A stretch of 63,619 nt of DNA, counting the filler. It is 5 parts of 5 records of this genome, joined end to end, with 100 filler letters (N's around TTAATTAATTAA, not from the genome) between each part and the next. Parts side by side here need not be neighbours in the genome. Positions count along the whole stretch, not along the records: positions 1 to 24,171 come from SRR31156797_825; positions 24,272 to 31,268 come from SRR31156797_829; 3 more parts are not named here. One strand, 5' to 3'. Each line of letters opens with the position of its first letter. Within the stretch, counting starts at the first letter, position 1. The translations under genes were made by a program, and so were the position numbers. Shown one piece after another: positions 19,610 through 31,368 of this stretch. A model generated the notes under the pieces. It had not been told where the DNA came from and did not search any database. It saw only the letters and a program-made list of their open reading frames with translations.

Positions 19610-20876
19610 CAAGGATTTAAGGATACCAATGAAAAAAGCTGAAAATGATAGAATATTATTCACAAAGGAAATGAAGGAAGACTATACTATTCTTGCACCA
19701 ATGATGCTCCCCCAGCATTTGAGATTGATTTGCAAAGTTTTTAGGCTACATGGATATAGATTTGAACTTTTGGAAACAAATCATCCCGATATAGTTACAG
19801 AAGGACTAAAGAGCGTTCATAATGATACATGCTATCCGGCATTGCTGGTTATCGGTCAGCTTCTGGATGCAATCAAAAGCGGTAAATATGACGCTGATAA
19901 GATAGCGTTGGTAATAACTCAAACTGGAGGAGGCTGCCGTGCATCAAACTATATTCACTTATTAAGAAAAGCACTAAAGAAAAATAATTTGGAGCATATA
20001 CCTGTAGTTTCGCTTAATCTATCTGGTATGGAGAAAAATCCAGGGTTCAAATTACCACCAAAAATAATAGCGGAATTGATTTATTCAATAGTATATGCAG
20101 ATATGATTATGTGGCTGGCAAATCAAACCAGACCATATGAGATAAATAAAGGAGAAACTGATGCTTTAATCGCTAGATGGGAAGATAAACTGGCTGAGGA
20201 ATACAAATACCTAACTAATCTGATGCTGAAGAAAGTTAATGAAAATCTTGAGCAGATTGTAAAGGATTTTGCTGCTATTAAAGTGGAGAAGGCTGATAAG
20301 ATTAAGGTAGGTATTGTAGGAGAAATTTATATTAAATATGCAGCTCTTGGCAACAATAATCTAGAAGAATTTCTGGCAAATGAAGGCTGTGAAGTTGTTA
20401 TACCAGGCCTTTTGGATTTTGTAATATTCAAGACTGATAATAGATTAGAGGATATCAAGCTCTATGGTGGGGGAATCGGTAAGTACATAGTGTGCTCATG
20501 GTTAAAGGCGATAACAATCAAAATGCAAAAAACTATGAAAGAGCTGATTGAGAAGTATTCAAATTTCAGAATTGTAAGTCAGTTTGAAGAATTCAAGGAA
20601 TTAGTCACTGATGATTACGTAGGATATGGTAACAAAATGGGAGAGGGATGGCTGTTGACCGGAGAAATGATAGAATTGTGCCATATTGGTGTAGGCAATA
20701 TCGTATGTGCTCAGCCGTTTGGCTGCCTGCCTAATCATATTGTAGGAAAGGGTATGATTCGCAAGATAAAGGAAAACTATGATAATGCAAACATTGTAGC
20801 TGTGGACTATGATCCTGGAGCTACAAAGGTTAATCAAGAGAATAGAATCAAACTGATGCTGGCAAATGCAAAGTAG
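19599..20876 (+). CDS. 2-hydroxyacyl-CoA dehydratase-related Fe-S protein (alternative start 19629)
   Basis: HNDTCYPA, QTGGGCRASNY, GEGW, CAQPFGCLPNH; overlaps or abuts the activator gene. Confidence 0.82.
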   Translation: MKNNKDLRIPMKKAENDRILFTKEMKEDYTILAPMMLPQHLRLICKVFRLHGYRFELLETNHPDIVTEGLKSVHNDTCYPALLVIGQLLDAIKSGKYDADKIALVITQTGGGCRASNYIHLLRKALKKNNLEHIPVVSLNLSGMEKNPGFKLPPKIIAELIYSIVYADMIMWLANQTRPYEINKGETDALIARWEDKLAEEYKYLTNLMLKKVNENLEQIVKDFAAIKVEKADKIKVGIVGEIYIKYAALGNNNLEEFLANEGCEVVIPGLLDFVIFKTDNRLEDIKLYGGGIGKYIVCSWLKAITIKMQKTMKELIEKYSNFRIVSQFEEFKELVTDDYVGYGNKMGEGWLLTGEMIELCHIGVGNIVCAQPFGCLPNHIVGKGMIRKIKENYDNANIVAVDYDPGATKVNQENRIKLMLANAK

Positions 20877-20908
20877 ACTTCGATATCAATATATATCAAT
20901 ATATTTAT

Positions 20909-20938
20909 AAAGCGCACTTTATATAAGGTGCGTTTTTT
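20909..20938 (+). terminator. intrinsic terminator
   Basis: AAAGCGCAC / GTGCGTTT stem followed by T-run. Confidence 0.8.
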
Positions 20939-20960
20939 GTACAAAAGTCTATGATTTATT

Positions 20961-20989
20961 AACACTTTGACTGCTTTATGCATAGAGTA
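20961..20989 (+). promoter_or_regulatory. SigK-type (mother-cell sporulation) promoter
   Basis: AACA 20961-20964, 16 nt, CATAGAGTA 20981-20989, matching mACm-N16-CATAnnnTA. Confidence 0.65.
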
Positions 20990-21023
20990 AATGTAGAATG
21001 AACTTATAAAAGGAGGTTCTCCA

Positions 21024-21263
21024 ATGTCAATACTTAACTCATTAATGGGCGGACATCATCACTATGATGATTGTGAAAATAACAGCAGCTTGTTATTTTT
21101 CTTCCTACTTCTAGTTGTAATATTCTGTAACTGTGGTTGGGATACAGACGATAATTCACTGCTATTCTTCTTCTTACTGTTAGTAGTATTGTTCTGTGGA
21201 TTTGGCTGTTATGATGGCTGTGATGATTCATGCGGCTGTAGAGAAGAAGTATGTCCTTGCTAG
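21024..21263 (+). CDS. small Cys-rich protein with duplicated SLLFFFLLLVV(I/L)FC motif, probably sporulation-associated
   Basis: AAGGAGG RBS; internal 14-aa repeat with synonymous divergence; 10 Cys; own promoter and terminator. Confidence 0.85.
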   Translation: MSILNSLMGGHHHYDDCENNSSLLFFFLLLVVIFCNCGWDTDDNSLLFFFLLLVVLFCGFGCYDGCDDSCGCREEVCPC

Positions 21264-21292
21264 GTTAAAAAAACTGTACACATATGAAAAAA

Positions 21293-21325
21293 TAAACCAC
21301 CCATAGAAAGCTACTGGGTGGTTTA
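21293..21325. terminator. hairpin terminator after the small Cys-rich gene
   Basis: TAAACCACCCA / TGGGTGGTTTA inverted repeat. Confidence 0.7.
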
Positions 21326-21330
21326 AAAAG

Positions 21331-21359
21331 TTGTAAAATTTATGATTTTATAGTATAAT
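21331..21359 (+). promoter_or_regulatory. sigma-A promoter about 350 nt upstream of gyrB
   Basis: TTGTAA 21331-21336, 17 nt, TATAAT 21354-21359. Confidence 0.6.
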
Positions 21360-21679
21360 CTATGTAAGAATGTTCGTGTATTTTTTATAGAAAAATGTAA
21401 ATAAATATATTTAAATAAGGGATAAAAAACATATATTTTTTTGATATTGGACATACTATAAAAAATACGGAAATGTTCGACTAATATAACTATAAATCTA
21501 GTTTGATAAAGTTTGAAATTGCTTATGAAATTCTAAGCGATTACCTTATTAGCGGTATATTAGGAATGGTAAAAACTGCTAATATCTTATTACGCATACT
21601 TATCAAAATGTATTTAATTTTTAGCATTAGTTTTTCACTGTAAATATGCAGTGAGCTTCGCTGAGTGTTGATTGACTGA

Positions 21680-23611
<1,932 letters not shown>

Positions 23612-23710
23612 GATATAACATATATTTTATTATAGGATATATTTAGCCTAGGATTTATTGATAAATGTTGATTAAGTAATTAACATTCAAGCAGAAAGGT
23701 ACAGCGACCA

Positions 23711-24171
23711 GTGGAATTTAATTTAGATAAGCAAATAATAAAACCAGTAAATATAGAAGATGAGATGAAGAAATCCTTTATCAGCTATGCTATGGCGACT
23801 ATTGTTTCCAGAGCACTGCCTGATGTCCGTGACGGACTAAAACCTGTGCACAGAAGGATACTTTACTCTATGCAGGAGTTGGGATTAACTCCAGACAAGC
23901 AGTACAGGAAATCAGTACGTATTGTTGGTGACGTTTTGGGTAAATATCACCCTCATGGCGACACAGCAGTTTATGATACTATGGTAAGGATGGCACAAAA
24001 TTTCTCCACCAGATATCCTTTGGTAGACGGACATGGTAACTTTGGTTCTGTTGACGGTGACTCCGCTGCAGCAATGAGATATACAGAAGCCAGAATGAGC
24101 AAGGTAGCTTTGGAACTGCTTCGTGATTTAGATAAGGATACTGTTGATTTCGGACCAAACTTTGATGAAAC
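23711..24171 (+). CDS. gyrA: DNA gyrase subunit A, 3' truncated at contig end
   Basis: [33 protein letters not shown] start with AAAGG RBS. Confidence 0.95.
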
Positions 24172-24271
24172 NNNNNNNNNNNNNNNNNNNNNNNNNNNNN
24201 NNNNNNNNNNNNNNNTTAATTAATTAANNNNNNNNNNNNNNNNNNNNNNNNNNNNNNNNNNNNNNNNNNNN
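24172..24271. other. artificial contig spacer
   Basis: N44-TTAATTAATTAA-N44, stops in all six frames. Confidence 0.99.
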
Positions 24272-24857
24272 CCCCATGCAGACAAACGACCTCCTTGCCT
24301 CTAAAAGCTTTAACAATATCAAGCAGATAGCTCATCCCATCATTCATAAAGATAAAGTGAACGTTCTCTCCGCCTTCAATGTTTTTCAGATGTTCTTTTA
24401 TCTTTTCATTCTCAACATCAAGCATCACAATATTGACCTTGTTCTTGCTGAAACGATTTAGAAAAGCCTGCGCAACCTGCCAGTTTCCAAGATGTCCACT
24501 TATCATCAGGCAACCGTCATCACTTTCAACACTTTTTCTAAGAATAGGTTCATCAACGAACTTGAAGGTAAACTTATCACGCATCCCCATTGTGACAGCC
24601 ATTCTGTCAATGATCGTTTCACCAAGTTTCACAAAGTTCATATAGATAGAAACGCAGCTCTTTATACGACCGAAACCATGTGCTTTTCTAAAATAGAAAT
24701 AGAGACTTTTAACAGCAGATGGAGCTGAAAATATGTAATAGAATGCAACTAATTTAAGAATTAGATATGCTGAGAACAGGCCACCGATCCTGATAAAGTA
24801 ATGAAAAAGAAGATAGCCAATTGAGCCTCCTCTACTCTTTCCTGACCAGGAAGACAT
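24272..24857 (-). CDS. LpxL-like lipid acyltransferase of aryl-polyene/flexirubin clusters, 3' truncated
   Basis: WSGKSRG N-terminus, SGHLGNWQ motif; follows ACP and KAS. Confidence 0.8.
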
Positions 24858-24863
24858 TCTTCG

Positions 24864-25136
24864 TTACTCAGAATCTTCAGATTTCTTTTGAGGATTCTCA
24901 AGTTTATCAGTTACGTAGTCATAGAAGTCTTGAAAAGTCTTTATGTTGATAAAATCTTTTGCATCGACTTTAAAACCGAAGTTCTTTTCAATGATCACAA
25001 CGAGATCTACAAGATCAAGACTGTCAAGTTCAAGAGTTTCCATAAGGTTAGCATCCGCTTTGATCTCATCAAGCTCAATCTCGAACTCTTCGCCAAGAAA
25101 TTCATTGATCTTGCTTATAATTTCTTCTCTTTTCAT
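24864..25136 (-). CDS. acyl carrier protein (aryl-polyene-type cluster)
   Basis: LELDSLDLVD; AGGAG RBS. Confidence 0.92.
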   Translation of the reverse strand: MKREEIISKINEFLGEEFEIELDEIKADANLMETLELDSLDLVDLVVIIEKNFGFKVDAKDFINIKTFQDFYDYVTDKLENPQKKSEDSE

Positions 25137-25149
25137 GTTTATCTCCTAT

Positions 25150-26370
25150 CTATTTAAATTTTCTTAAAACTATTGTCGAATTTGTTCCACCAAAGCCAAA
25201 AGAGTTGCTTACAACCGTATCAATTTTTGTCTCTACTGTTTTTACAGCAAGATTTAACGGTTTAGCTTCTTCACATGGCTCAGTTAGGTTAATATTCGGT
25301 GCAACAAATGAGTTACGCATCATAATTATTGAGTAAACGGCTTCACTAGCCCCGGCCATCCAGCACTCATGTCCTGTCATTGATTTTGTTGAACTTACAA
25401 ACGGTTTGTGATCTCCGAAGACTTCATCAATTGCCTGAGCCTCGTTCATGTCACCGACAGGAGTTGAAGTTGCGTGTGCATTTATATAATCAACTTCTTC
25501 AGGACTTATCCCTGCATCTTCAAGCGCTCTTTTCAATGAAACTGTAGGACCGTCAACATTAGGAACAGAAATATGACTTCCATTTGAAGAAAAACCATAT
25601 CCGATAACTTCAGCAAGAATAGGTGCTCCTCTTTTTTGAGCACTTTCAAGGCTTTCAATAACAAGTGAGGCCGCGCCGCCACTTGGAACAAGGCCGTCTC
25701 TGTTAGCGTCAAAAGGTTTACTGGCTTTTTGAGGTTCATCTTCTTTTGTGGAAAAAGCACTTAATCCGTCAAAACTTGCCATTGAATAGTAGTTTACTTC
25801 CTGTCCACCACCAACAAGGATCATGTCCTGAAGTCCGTTCTTTATTAAAAAATATCCAATACCTATAGAATGTGATCCGCTTGCACATGCTCCGCTTATT
25901 GTAAAGTTGATACCTTTAAGTTTGTAGATAGTTGCAAGATTCATCGTTATCGTTGAATTCATCGCCTGAAAGATAGCACCGCTTCCAAGAAGCATTGAAT
26001 CTTTCTTTTCTCTCATTGTATCTGTAGACTCGATCACAGCTTTAGCAGAGCTATCATTACCGTAAAGTATTCCCACTTCGTTCTTTTCAAGGAAGTCCAT
26101 ATCAATCTTCGCCTGCTCAAAAGCCTGCTCGGTTGCCACGTAAGCATAAATTCCTTCTTCCGCAAGACCTACACGTTCTCTTCTTTTCAGGCGACCTTTA
26201 AGCGAAGGCATTTCAACTTTGCCGGTAAGTGCGGATCTAAAACCCACATCCTTTCTTTCCTGATCAAAAACAATACCTGATCGCCCATTAAAAAGTGAGT
26301 CTTTAACCTCATCAACAGAATTTCCAATGCATGAGTGAATTCCTATGCCTGTAACAACAACTCTTCTCAT
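25150..26370 (-). CDS. beta-ketoacyl-ACP synthase (FabB/FabF family, aryl-polyene/flexirubin type)
   Basis: GACASGSH, NAHATST, KSMTGHECW, SNSFGFGG; start MRRVVVTG after GGAGG. Confidence 0.92.
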   Translation of the reverse strand: MRRVVVTGIGIHSCIGNSVDEVKDSLFNGRSGIVFDQERKDVGFRSALTGKVEMPSLKGRLKRRERVGLAEEGIYAYVATEQAFEQAKIDMDFLEKNEVGILYGNDSSAKAVIESTDTMREKKDSMLLGSGAIFQAMNSTITMNLATIYKLKGINFTISGACASGSHSIGIGYFLIKNGLQDMILVGGGQEVNYYSMASFDGLSAFSTKEDEPQKASKPFDANRDGLVPSGGAASLVIESLESAQKRGAPILAEVIGYGFSSNGSHISVPNVDGPTVSLKRALEDAGISPEEVDYINAHATSTPVGDMNEAQAIDEVFGDHKPFVSSTKSMTGHECWMAGASEAVYSIIMMRNSFVAPNINLTEPCEEAKPLNLAVKTVETKIDTVVSNSFGFGGTNSTIVLRKFK

Positions 26371-26380
26371 AATTCCTCCG

Positions 26381-27109
26381 TCAGGTGTAAAGACCACCGT
26401 TTACAGAAATAACTTCACCTGTGATGTATGATGCTTCATCAGTTACAAGAAAAGCAACCACACCGGCTACTTCTTCAGGTTTTCCAAATCTTCCAACAGG
26501 GATCAGTTTTCTATACTCTTTTTCGTTTATATCTTCCGTCATATCTGTTTTGATAAAACCCGGAGCAACAGCATTAACCGTTATCTTTCTTCTTCCAACT
26601 TCCTGAGCAAGAGATTTTGTAGCTCCGATCATTGCAGCCTTAGTTGAAGAATAGTTCATCTGTCCGGGAAGTCCCTTAATTCCTGAAAGACTTGTAACAT
26701 TTACGATCCTTCCCTTTTTGCTGTACATCATACTTGTGATAACAGCAGAGGTAACATTGTAAACTGAGTTAAGATTTGTATCAATAACGCTATCCCACTC
26801 CTCATCTTCCATTGACATAAGAAGATTATCTTTTCTAATGCCTGCGTTATTTACAAGAACTTCAATAGCACTTTCAGGATTACTTTCCTGCCACTCTTTT
26901 ATCATTTTTCTTACAGCATCTCTGTCAGCCACATCAAACTGTATAGGCTCCGCATTTCCGCCTTCATTTTTTATCTCTTCTACTGTTTGAGCAGCAGCAT
27001 TTTCATTGCTTTTATAGTTTACAAGAACGTTATAACCGTCTTTAGCAAGTCTAAGACAAATTGCCTTACCAATTCCTCTGGATCCACCAGTTACAAGAGC
27101 AGTTTTCAT
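26381..27109 (-). CDS. fabG: 3-oxoacyl-ACP reductase (cluster-associated)
   Basis: TGGSRGIG, NNAG, YSSTK. Confidence 0.9.
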   Translation of the reverse strand: MKTALVTGGSRGIGKAICLRLAKDGYNVLVNYKSNENAAAQTVEEIKNEGGNAEPIQFDVADRDAVRKMIKEWQESNPESAIEVLVNNAGIRKDNLLMSMEDEEWDSVIDTNLNSVYNVTSAVITSMMYSKKGRIVNVTSLSGIKGLPGQMNYSSTKAAMIGATKSLAQEVGRRKITVNAVAPGFIKTDMTEDINEKEYRKLIPVGRFGKPEEVAGVVAFLVTDEASYITGEVISVNGGLYT

Positions 27110-27112
27110 ATA

Positions 27113-28648
27113 TTAAACCTCACAGTCTCTATTCAGTATATATTCTTTCATAGTTCTCACAGCTTCATCTTTTGGAGAGTCTTCCTTAAAAACCGGCACA
27201 ACTTTTCTTAGCTCATCATAGACAAAAGCGGTGTTTGGAGACATCTTCTCCCTGATATTTAGGAAATCTACTGCCTGAATAAGTGCCATCAGTTCAATAG
27301 CAATGACCTCATAGGCATTGTCAATTACAGTTCTTGTGATATTTGCTGAGTTCGTTCCCATGCTTACAACATCCTGGTTGTCATTGTTGTTAGGAATGCT
27401 GTGAACACAATTTGGAAAACACAGAGTCTGATTTTCAGCTGTTGTAGATACAGCTGTGAACTGCACTGCCTGCATTCCGTAGTTAAAACCGATCCTGCCA
27501 AGATTAACAAATGGAGGAAGTTTTTCATTGAGTTTGGGGTTCATCAGGTAATTTATCTGTCTTTCTGCAAGCATCGTCATCTTAGTTATAGCGATCTTCA
27601 TCTTATCCATTTCAAAAGAAACATAATCACCATGGAAATTTCCACCGTGATAAACGAATTCTTCATTAGCATCAACTATAGGATTATCATTCGCTGAATT
27701 TATCTCATCAACAAGAACTTTCTCATTAAAATCAAGAGCTTCGAGAACGGGACCTAATATTTGAGGGACACATCTAATTGAATAGAACTCCTGAACTTTC
27801 TCTTCAATAAAGCCTGAAGGAACGACCTTGTCATACATGTTCTTTTTACGACTTTTGACCAGAGAGCTACCCTTGAGAATTCTTGTCAACTTTGTTGCAA
27901 CACTATTCTGGGCAGGATGAAGCTTAACCCTGTTAGTTACAACTGAATAATGATCGTCATAACATTCAACAACTTCCATCAGCATTGCGCATGCCATCAT
28001 CATCCAGTTAAAAAGTCTCTTTGAGTTATGAAGATTTATCAGACCTATCGCACTCATTACAGAGGTTCCGTTTATAAGTGAAAGACCTTCCCTTAAATGC
28101 ATTCCTAAAGGTTTAAGACCAAGCTGTTTGAATATTTCATTAGCTGGCTGTATCCTACCGTTAAAATGAACATTTCCTTCACCGATAAGATTAAGTGCAA
28201 GATGTGCAAGTTGAACAAGATCACCACTTGCGCCGACTCCACCATGCTCAGGAATTACAGGAGATATCCGGTTATTTACAAAAGCTGTTAGTAGATCAAT
28301 AACTTCGGGGTGAATTCCTGAATAACCAAGCGCAACAGTGTTGAGTCTGGCAAGAACCGCAGCTCGTGAATATATTTCAGGAAGAATTTTTCCAGTTCCT
28401 GCAGAATGACTTCTGATAAGATTAAGCTGAAGTTGCTCAATATCATCATCATCTATTTTGTATCTAGCCATTGGACCAAAACCGGTGTTGATCCCGTAGA
28501 TAGTTCTATTTTTTGAGAACTCTTTTAAAAAGCTATAGCTCTTCTTAACTTTAGAAAGTGCTTCATCGCTGACTTCCAAGTGTTTCTCATTAACAACAAC
28601 ATCAAGAAAATCACTCAGTTTGAGGTATCCATTTCCAATAACAGTCAT
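27113..28648 (-). CDS. MIO-dependent aromatic amino acid ammonia-lyase, Flavobacterium johnsoniae TAL-like
   Basis: YGINTGFG, GASGD (MIO), INGTS, SANDNP, GGNFHG; resembles FjTAL as recalled, not aligned computationally. Confidence 0.88.
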   Translation of the reverse strand: MTVIGNGYLKLSDFLDVVVNEKHLEVSDEALSKVKKSYSFLKEFSKNRTIYGINTGFGPMARYKIDDDDIEQLQLNLIRSHSAGTGKILPEIYSRAAVLARLNTVALGYSGIHPEVIDLLTAFVNNRISPVIPEHGGVGASGDLVQLAHLALNLIGEGNVHFNGRIQPANEIFKQLGLKPLGMHLREGLSLINGTSVMSAIGLINLHNSKRLFNWMMMACAMLMEVVECYDDHYSVVTNRVKLHPAQNSVATKLTRILKGSSLVKSRKKNMYDKVVPSGFIEEKVQEFYSIRCVPQILGPVLEALDFNEKVLVDEINSANDNPIVDANEEFVYHGGNFHGDYVSFEMDKMKIAITKMTMLAERQINYLMNPKLNEKLPPFVNLGRIGFNYGMQAVQFTAVSTTAENQTLCFPNCVHSIPNNNDNQDVVSMGTNSANITRTVIDNAYEVIAIELMALIQAVDFLNIREKMSPNTAFVYDELRKVVPVFKEDSPKDEAVRTMKEYILNRDCEV

Positions 28649-28831
28649 TTCACTAAGCGTCCTTTAATCAATAAATTTTAAAAATAACAGTCGGCCGCGT
28701 GATTATATACAAAGAGACAAAACGGTCAATTTTTTGCATTAAACTTAGACAAGATTAAAAAAATGATTTTTTATTAAAATACAGTAATATTATTTTGTTT
28801 TGTTGAATGCTAACGATTCTGGAGGAAAGAA

Positions 28832-30055
28832 ATGCAGAACAAACGCTCAATCGCCATTTTATGTTCAGGCGGACCGGCACCCGGGATAAATACTGTTGTC
28901 TGTTCAATTGCTAAGGTTTTTTTAAAGGATGATTATCGTGTAATAGGAATAAATCACGGCACAAAAACCCTTTTCACTGACAATGTTGACACAGTTGAAA
29001 TAGATTTTGAGACCGCTGACCATTATTTTAACAAAGGTGGATCCTTTCTTAAAATGAGCAGGTATAAACCTAAAAACTCTGAATTCAAGGCAGATTTTTT
29101 CACTAAGAACAATGTTGATCTTCTGGTTACTATCGGTGGTGATGATACTGCTTCAACTGCAAACAGAATAACTAAGTTTCTCAATGAAAAAGACCTTGCT
29201 ATAAGGAACATCCATGTTCCTAAAACAATTGATAACGATCTCCCTCTTCCTGAAAGACTTCCTACTTTTGGATATCATTCAGCAAAAAACGAAGGTGTAA
29301 GGATCGCTACCACAGTTTATGAAGATGCGAGAACTAGTGGAAACTGGTTTGTTGTCTCTTCGATGGGAAGAGAGGCAGGTCATCTTGCGTTTGGAATTGG
29401 TGCAGCCTGCCACTATCCAATGATAATTATTCCTGAAATGTTTAAAGATGTTGATGTGACTTTTGATAAAATTATTAAGCTGATGGTATCTTCTATCGTT
29501 AAAAGAAGTATCTACGGGATCAGTTATGGAGCTATAATTGTCTCAGAAGGAGTTTTTCATTTCATGTCCGATGAAGAGATCGTCAACTCCGGAATTAAGT
29601 TCTCTTTTGATGACCATGGACATCCGGAACTTGGAAAAGTTTCAAAAGCACACATCTTCAATGTACTGCTAAGTGAGAAACTGGATGAACTCGGGATCAA
29701 GGTGAAAAGTCGCCCGGTAGAGATAGGATATGAAGTAAGATGCTGTCCTCCAACTGCTTTTGATCTTAAATACTGCACGCTTTTAGGTTACGGTGTAAAA
29801 CAGCTTTTTGATGAAGGAAAATCAGGCTGCATCGTTGTCTGTCACAATAACGGCAGAGTTCTTCCTCTTTATCTTGAGGATGTGGAAGATCCAAAAACAG
29901 GGAAGATCGTCCCAAGACTTGTCGATACTCAGGCTCAGGATTATAAAATGCTTCTTGACAACTTTCATGTCCTTAATGAAGATGATCTTGAAACTGCAGC
30001 AAAATATCTTGCTGATCCGCAGAATTATACAATGACGGCGGTACTTAAAGGATAA
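28832..30055 (+). CDS. 6-phosphofructokinase, pyrophosphate-dependent signature
   Basis: GGPAPG, TIGGDD, PKTIDND, MGR; Asp in GGDD plus Lys in PKTIDND indicates PPi use. Confidence 0.9.
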   Translation: MQNKRSIAILCSGGPAPGINTVVCSIAKVFLKDDYRVIGINHGTKTLFTDNVDTVEIDFETADHYFNKGGSFLKMSRYKPKNSEFKADFFTKNNVDLLVTIGGDDTASTANRITKFLNEKDLAIRNIHVPKTIDNDLPLPERLPTFGYHSAKNEGVRIATTVYEDARTSGNWFVVSSMGREAGHLAFGIGAACHYPMIIIPEMFKDVDVTFDKIIKLMVSSIVKRSIYGISYGAIIVSEGVFHFMSDEEIVNSGIKFSFDDHGHPELGKVSKAHIFNVLLSEKLDELGIKVKSRPVEIGYEVRCCPPTAFDLKYCTLLGYGVKQLFDEGKSGCIVVCHNNGRVLPLYLEDVEDPKTGKIVPRLVDTQAQDYKMLLDNFHVLNEDDLETAAKYLADPQNYTMTAVLKG

Positions 30056-30056
30056 G

Positions 30057-31268
30057 ATGTTAAGTAAAAAAGATAACTTCGAATTAATAGCAAATGCTTC
30101 ACCGGTAGCCCTTTTTGTTCATGATGGGAAAAGATTTCTGTTCTGTAATCAGGGGGCTGTTGATCTTGTTGAAGAAAGTTCTACTGAGGATATTCTTGCA
30201 AAACCTTCAATCCTGTCATATGTGCATCCGGATTTTGAGGAAATGATCCGTGAAAGAACATTTAAAAGACTTGCCGGGAAAGAACTTGAAAACGACTATG
30301 AAATTAAGATCATAACGGCAAAAGGACAGGAGAGATGGATAGAGCTGCATGCTGAAACATCCGAGTTTAACGGGATAAAAGTTTTAATTGGAACAGCTAC
30401 AGATATATCAGACCTGAAAAAGGCCAAAGATGATTTTCAGTTTCTTGCGGAAAGCTCATCAGAGTTTCTCAAAATAAAAGGTAGCGACAAGATCTATGAC
30501 CTTGTTATTTCCAACCTTGGAGAAATAGCTCCTGAAGCTTTCATAGTCCTTAATAAATGGAACCCTCAAGAGAGAACTCTCACTGTCATGAGACACTGTG
30601 CAGGAAATTCAATTCTTAAAGTAATTAAGAAGTTTGGTCCGAACACTTTTAAAAACCACTCATGGCATCCAATTGAAAAAACTCTAAACTGTCTTTCAAA
30701 GGGAAAGCTCACTGAAATGGACCTTTCATTCCTACCTTCAAGAACTGGAAAGCTAACAAGAGAAACAGTAATGCTTCTTAAAAAACTTTCAAGAGTTGAA
30801 CGATATTACACTATCGGGCTTGTTCATGACAACTCTCTATTTGGAAGTATCAACATCTTTCTTCGTAAAAACTCTGAAAAGCTTAATACAAACCTCATTG
30901 AAACATTTGCAAACACTACCGCAATCGCTCTTCATAGAACAAAGCTCGAAGACGAGCTTTACAAAGCAAGAATAGAAGCTGAATTTGCAAGCAGGGTAAA
31001 AAGTCAATTCCTTTCAAATATGAGCCATGAGATCAGAACCCCGTTAAATGGGATCATGGGAATGATCCAGATCCTGCAGGAAACGGAACTTGATGAGGAA
31101 CAGAGAAAGTTTCTAAATCTGGGAGCCGAGTCTTCAAAAACGCTTCTCATGACAATTGACGATATTCTTGATTATTCAAAAATCGAAGCTGGTAAAATGA
31201 TCTTAAAGAACAGCAACTTCCTATTGAAAAAGAAAATTGAATCAATTATGGCGTCTTTTTTACCAGCT
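30057..31268 (+). CDS. PAS-domain sensor histidine kinase, 3' truncated
   Basis: PAS (VHPD..G.ERWI..G.ATDIS), GAF-like middle, FLSNMSHEIRTPLNGI H-box, DILDYSKIEAG. Confidence 0.92.
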
Positions 31269-31368
31269 NNNNNNNNNNNNNNNNNNNNNNNNNNNNNNNN
31301 NNNNNNNNNNNNTTAATTAATTAANNNNNNNNNNNNNNNNNNNNNNNNNNNNNNNNNNNNNNNNNNNN
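31269..31368. other. artificial contig spacer
   Basis: N44-TTAATTAATTAA-N44. Confidence 0.99.

Noticed and set aside
20883-20904. ATATCAATAT tandem duplication
   Set aside because: Two copies of low-complexity AT sequence; likely slippage
21361-21480. AATGTTCG twice upstream of gyrB as LexA boxes; possible oriC
   Set aside because: Only the GTTC half-site is present without GAAC at the right spacing; no TTATCCACA DnaA-box cluster seen
23940-23980. Thr at the GyrA position equivalent to Ser83 as a quinolone-resistance allele
   Set aside because: HGDT is the wild-type state in several Clostridia
24216-24227. TTAATTAATTAA palindrome recurring four times in the window
   Set aside because: Embedded in N-runs; an artificial linker, not a biological repeat
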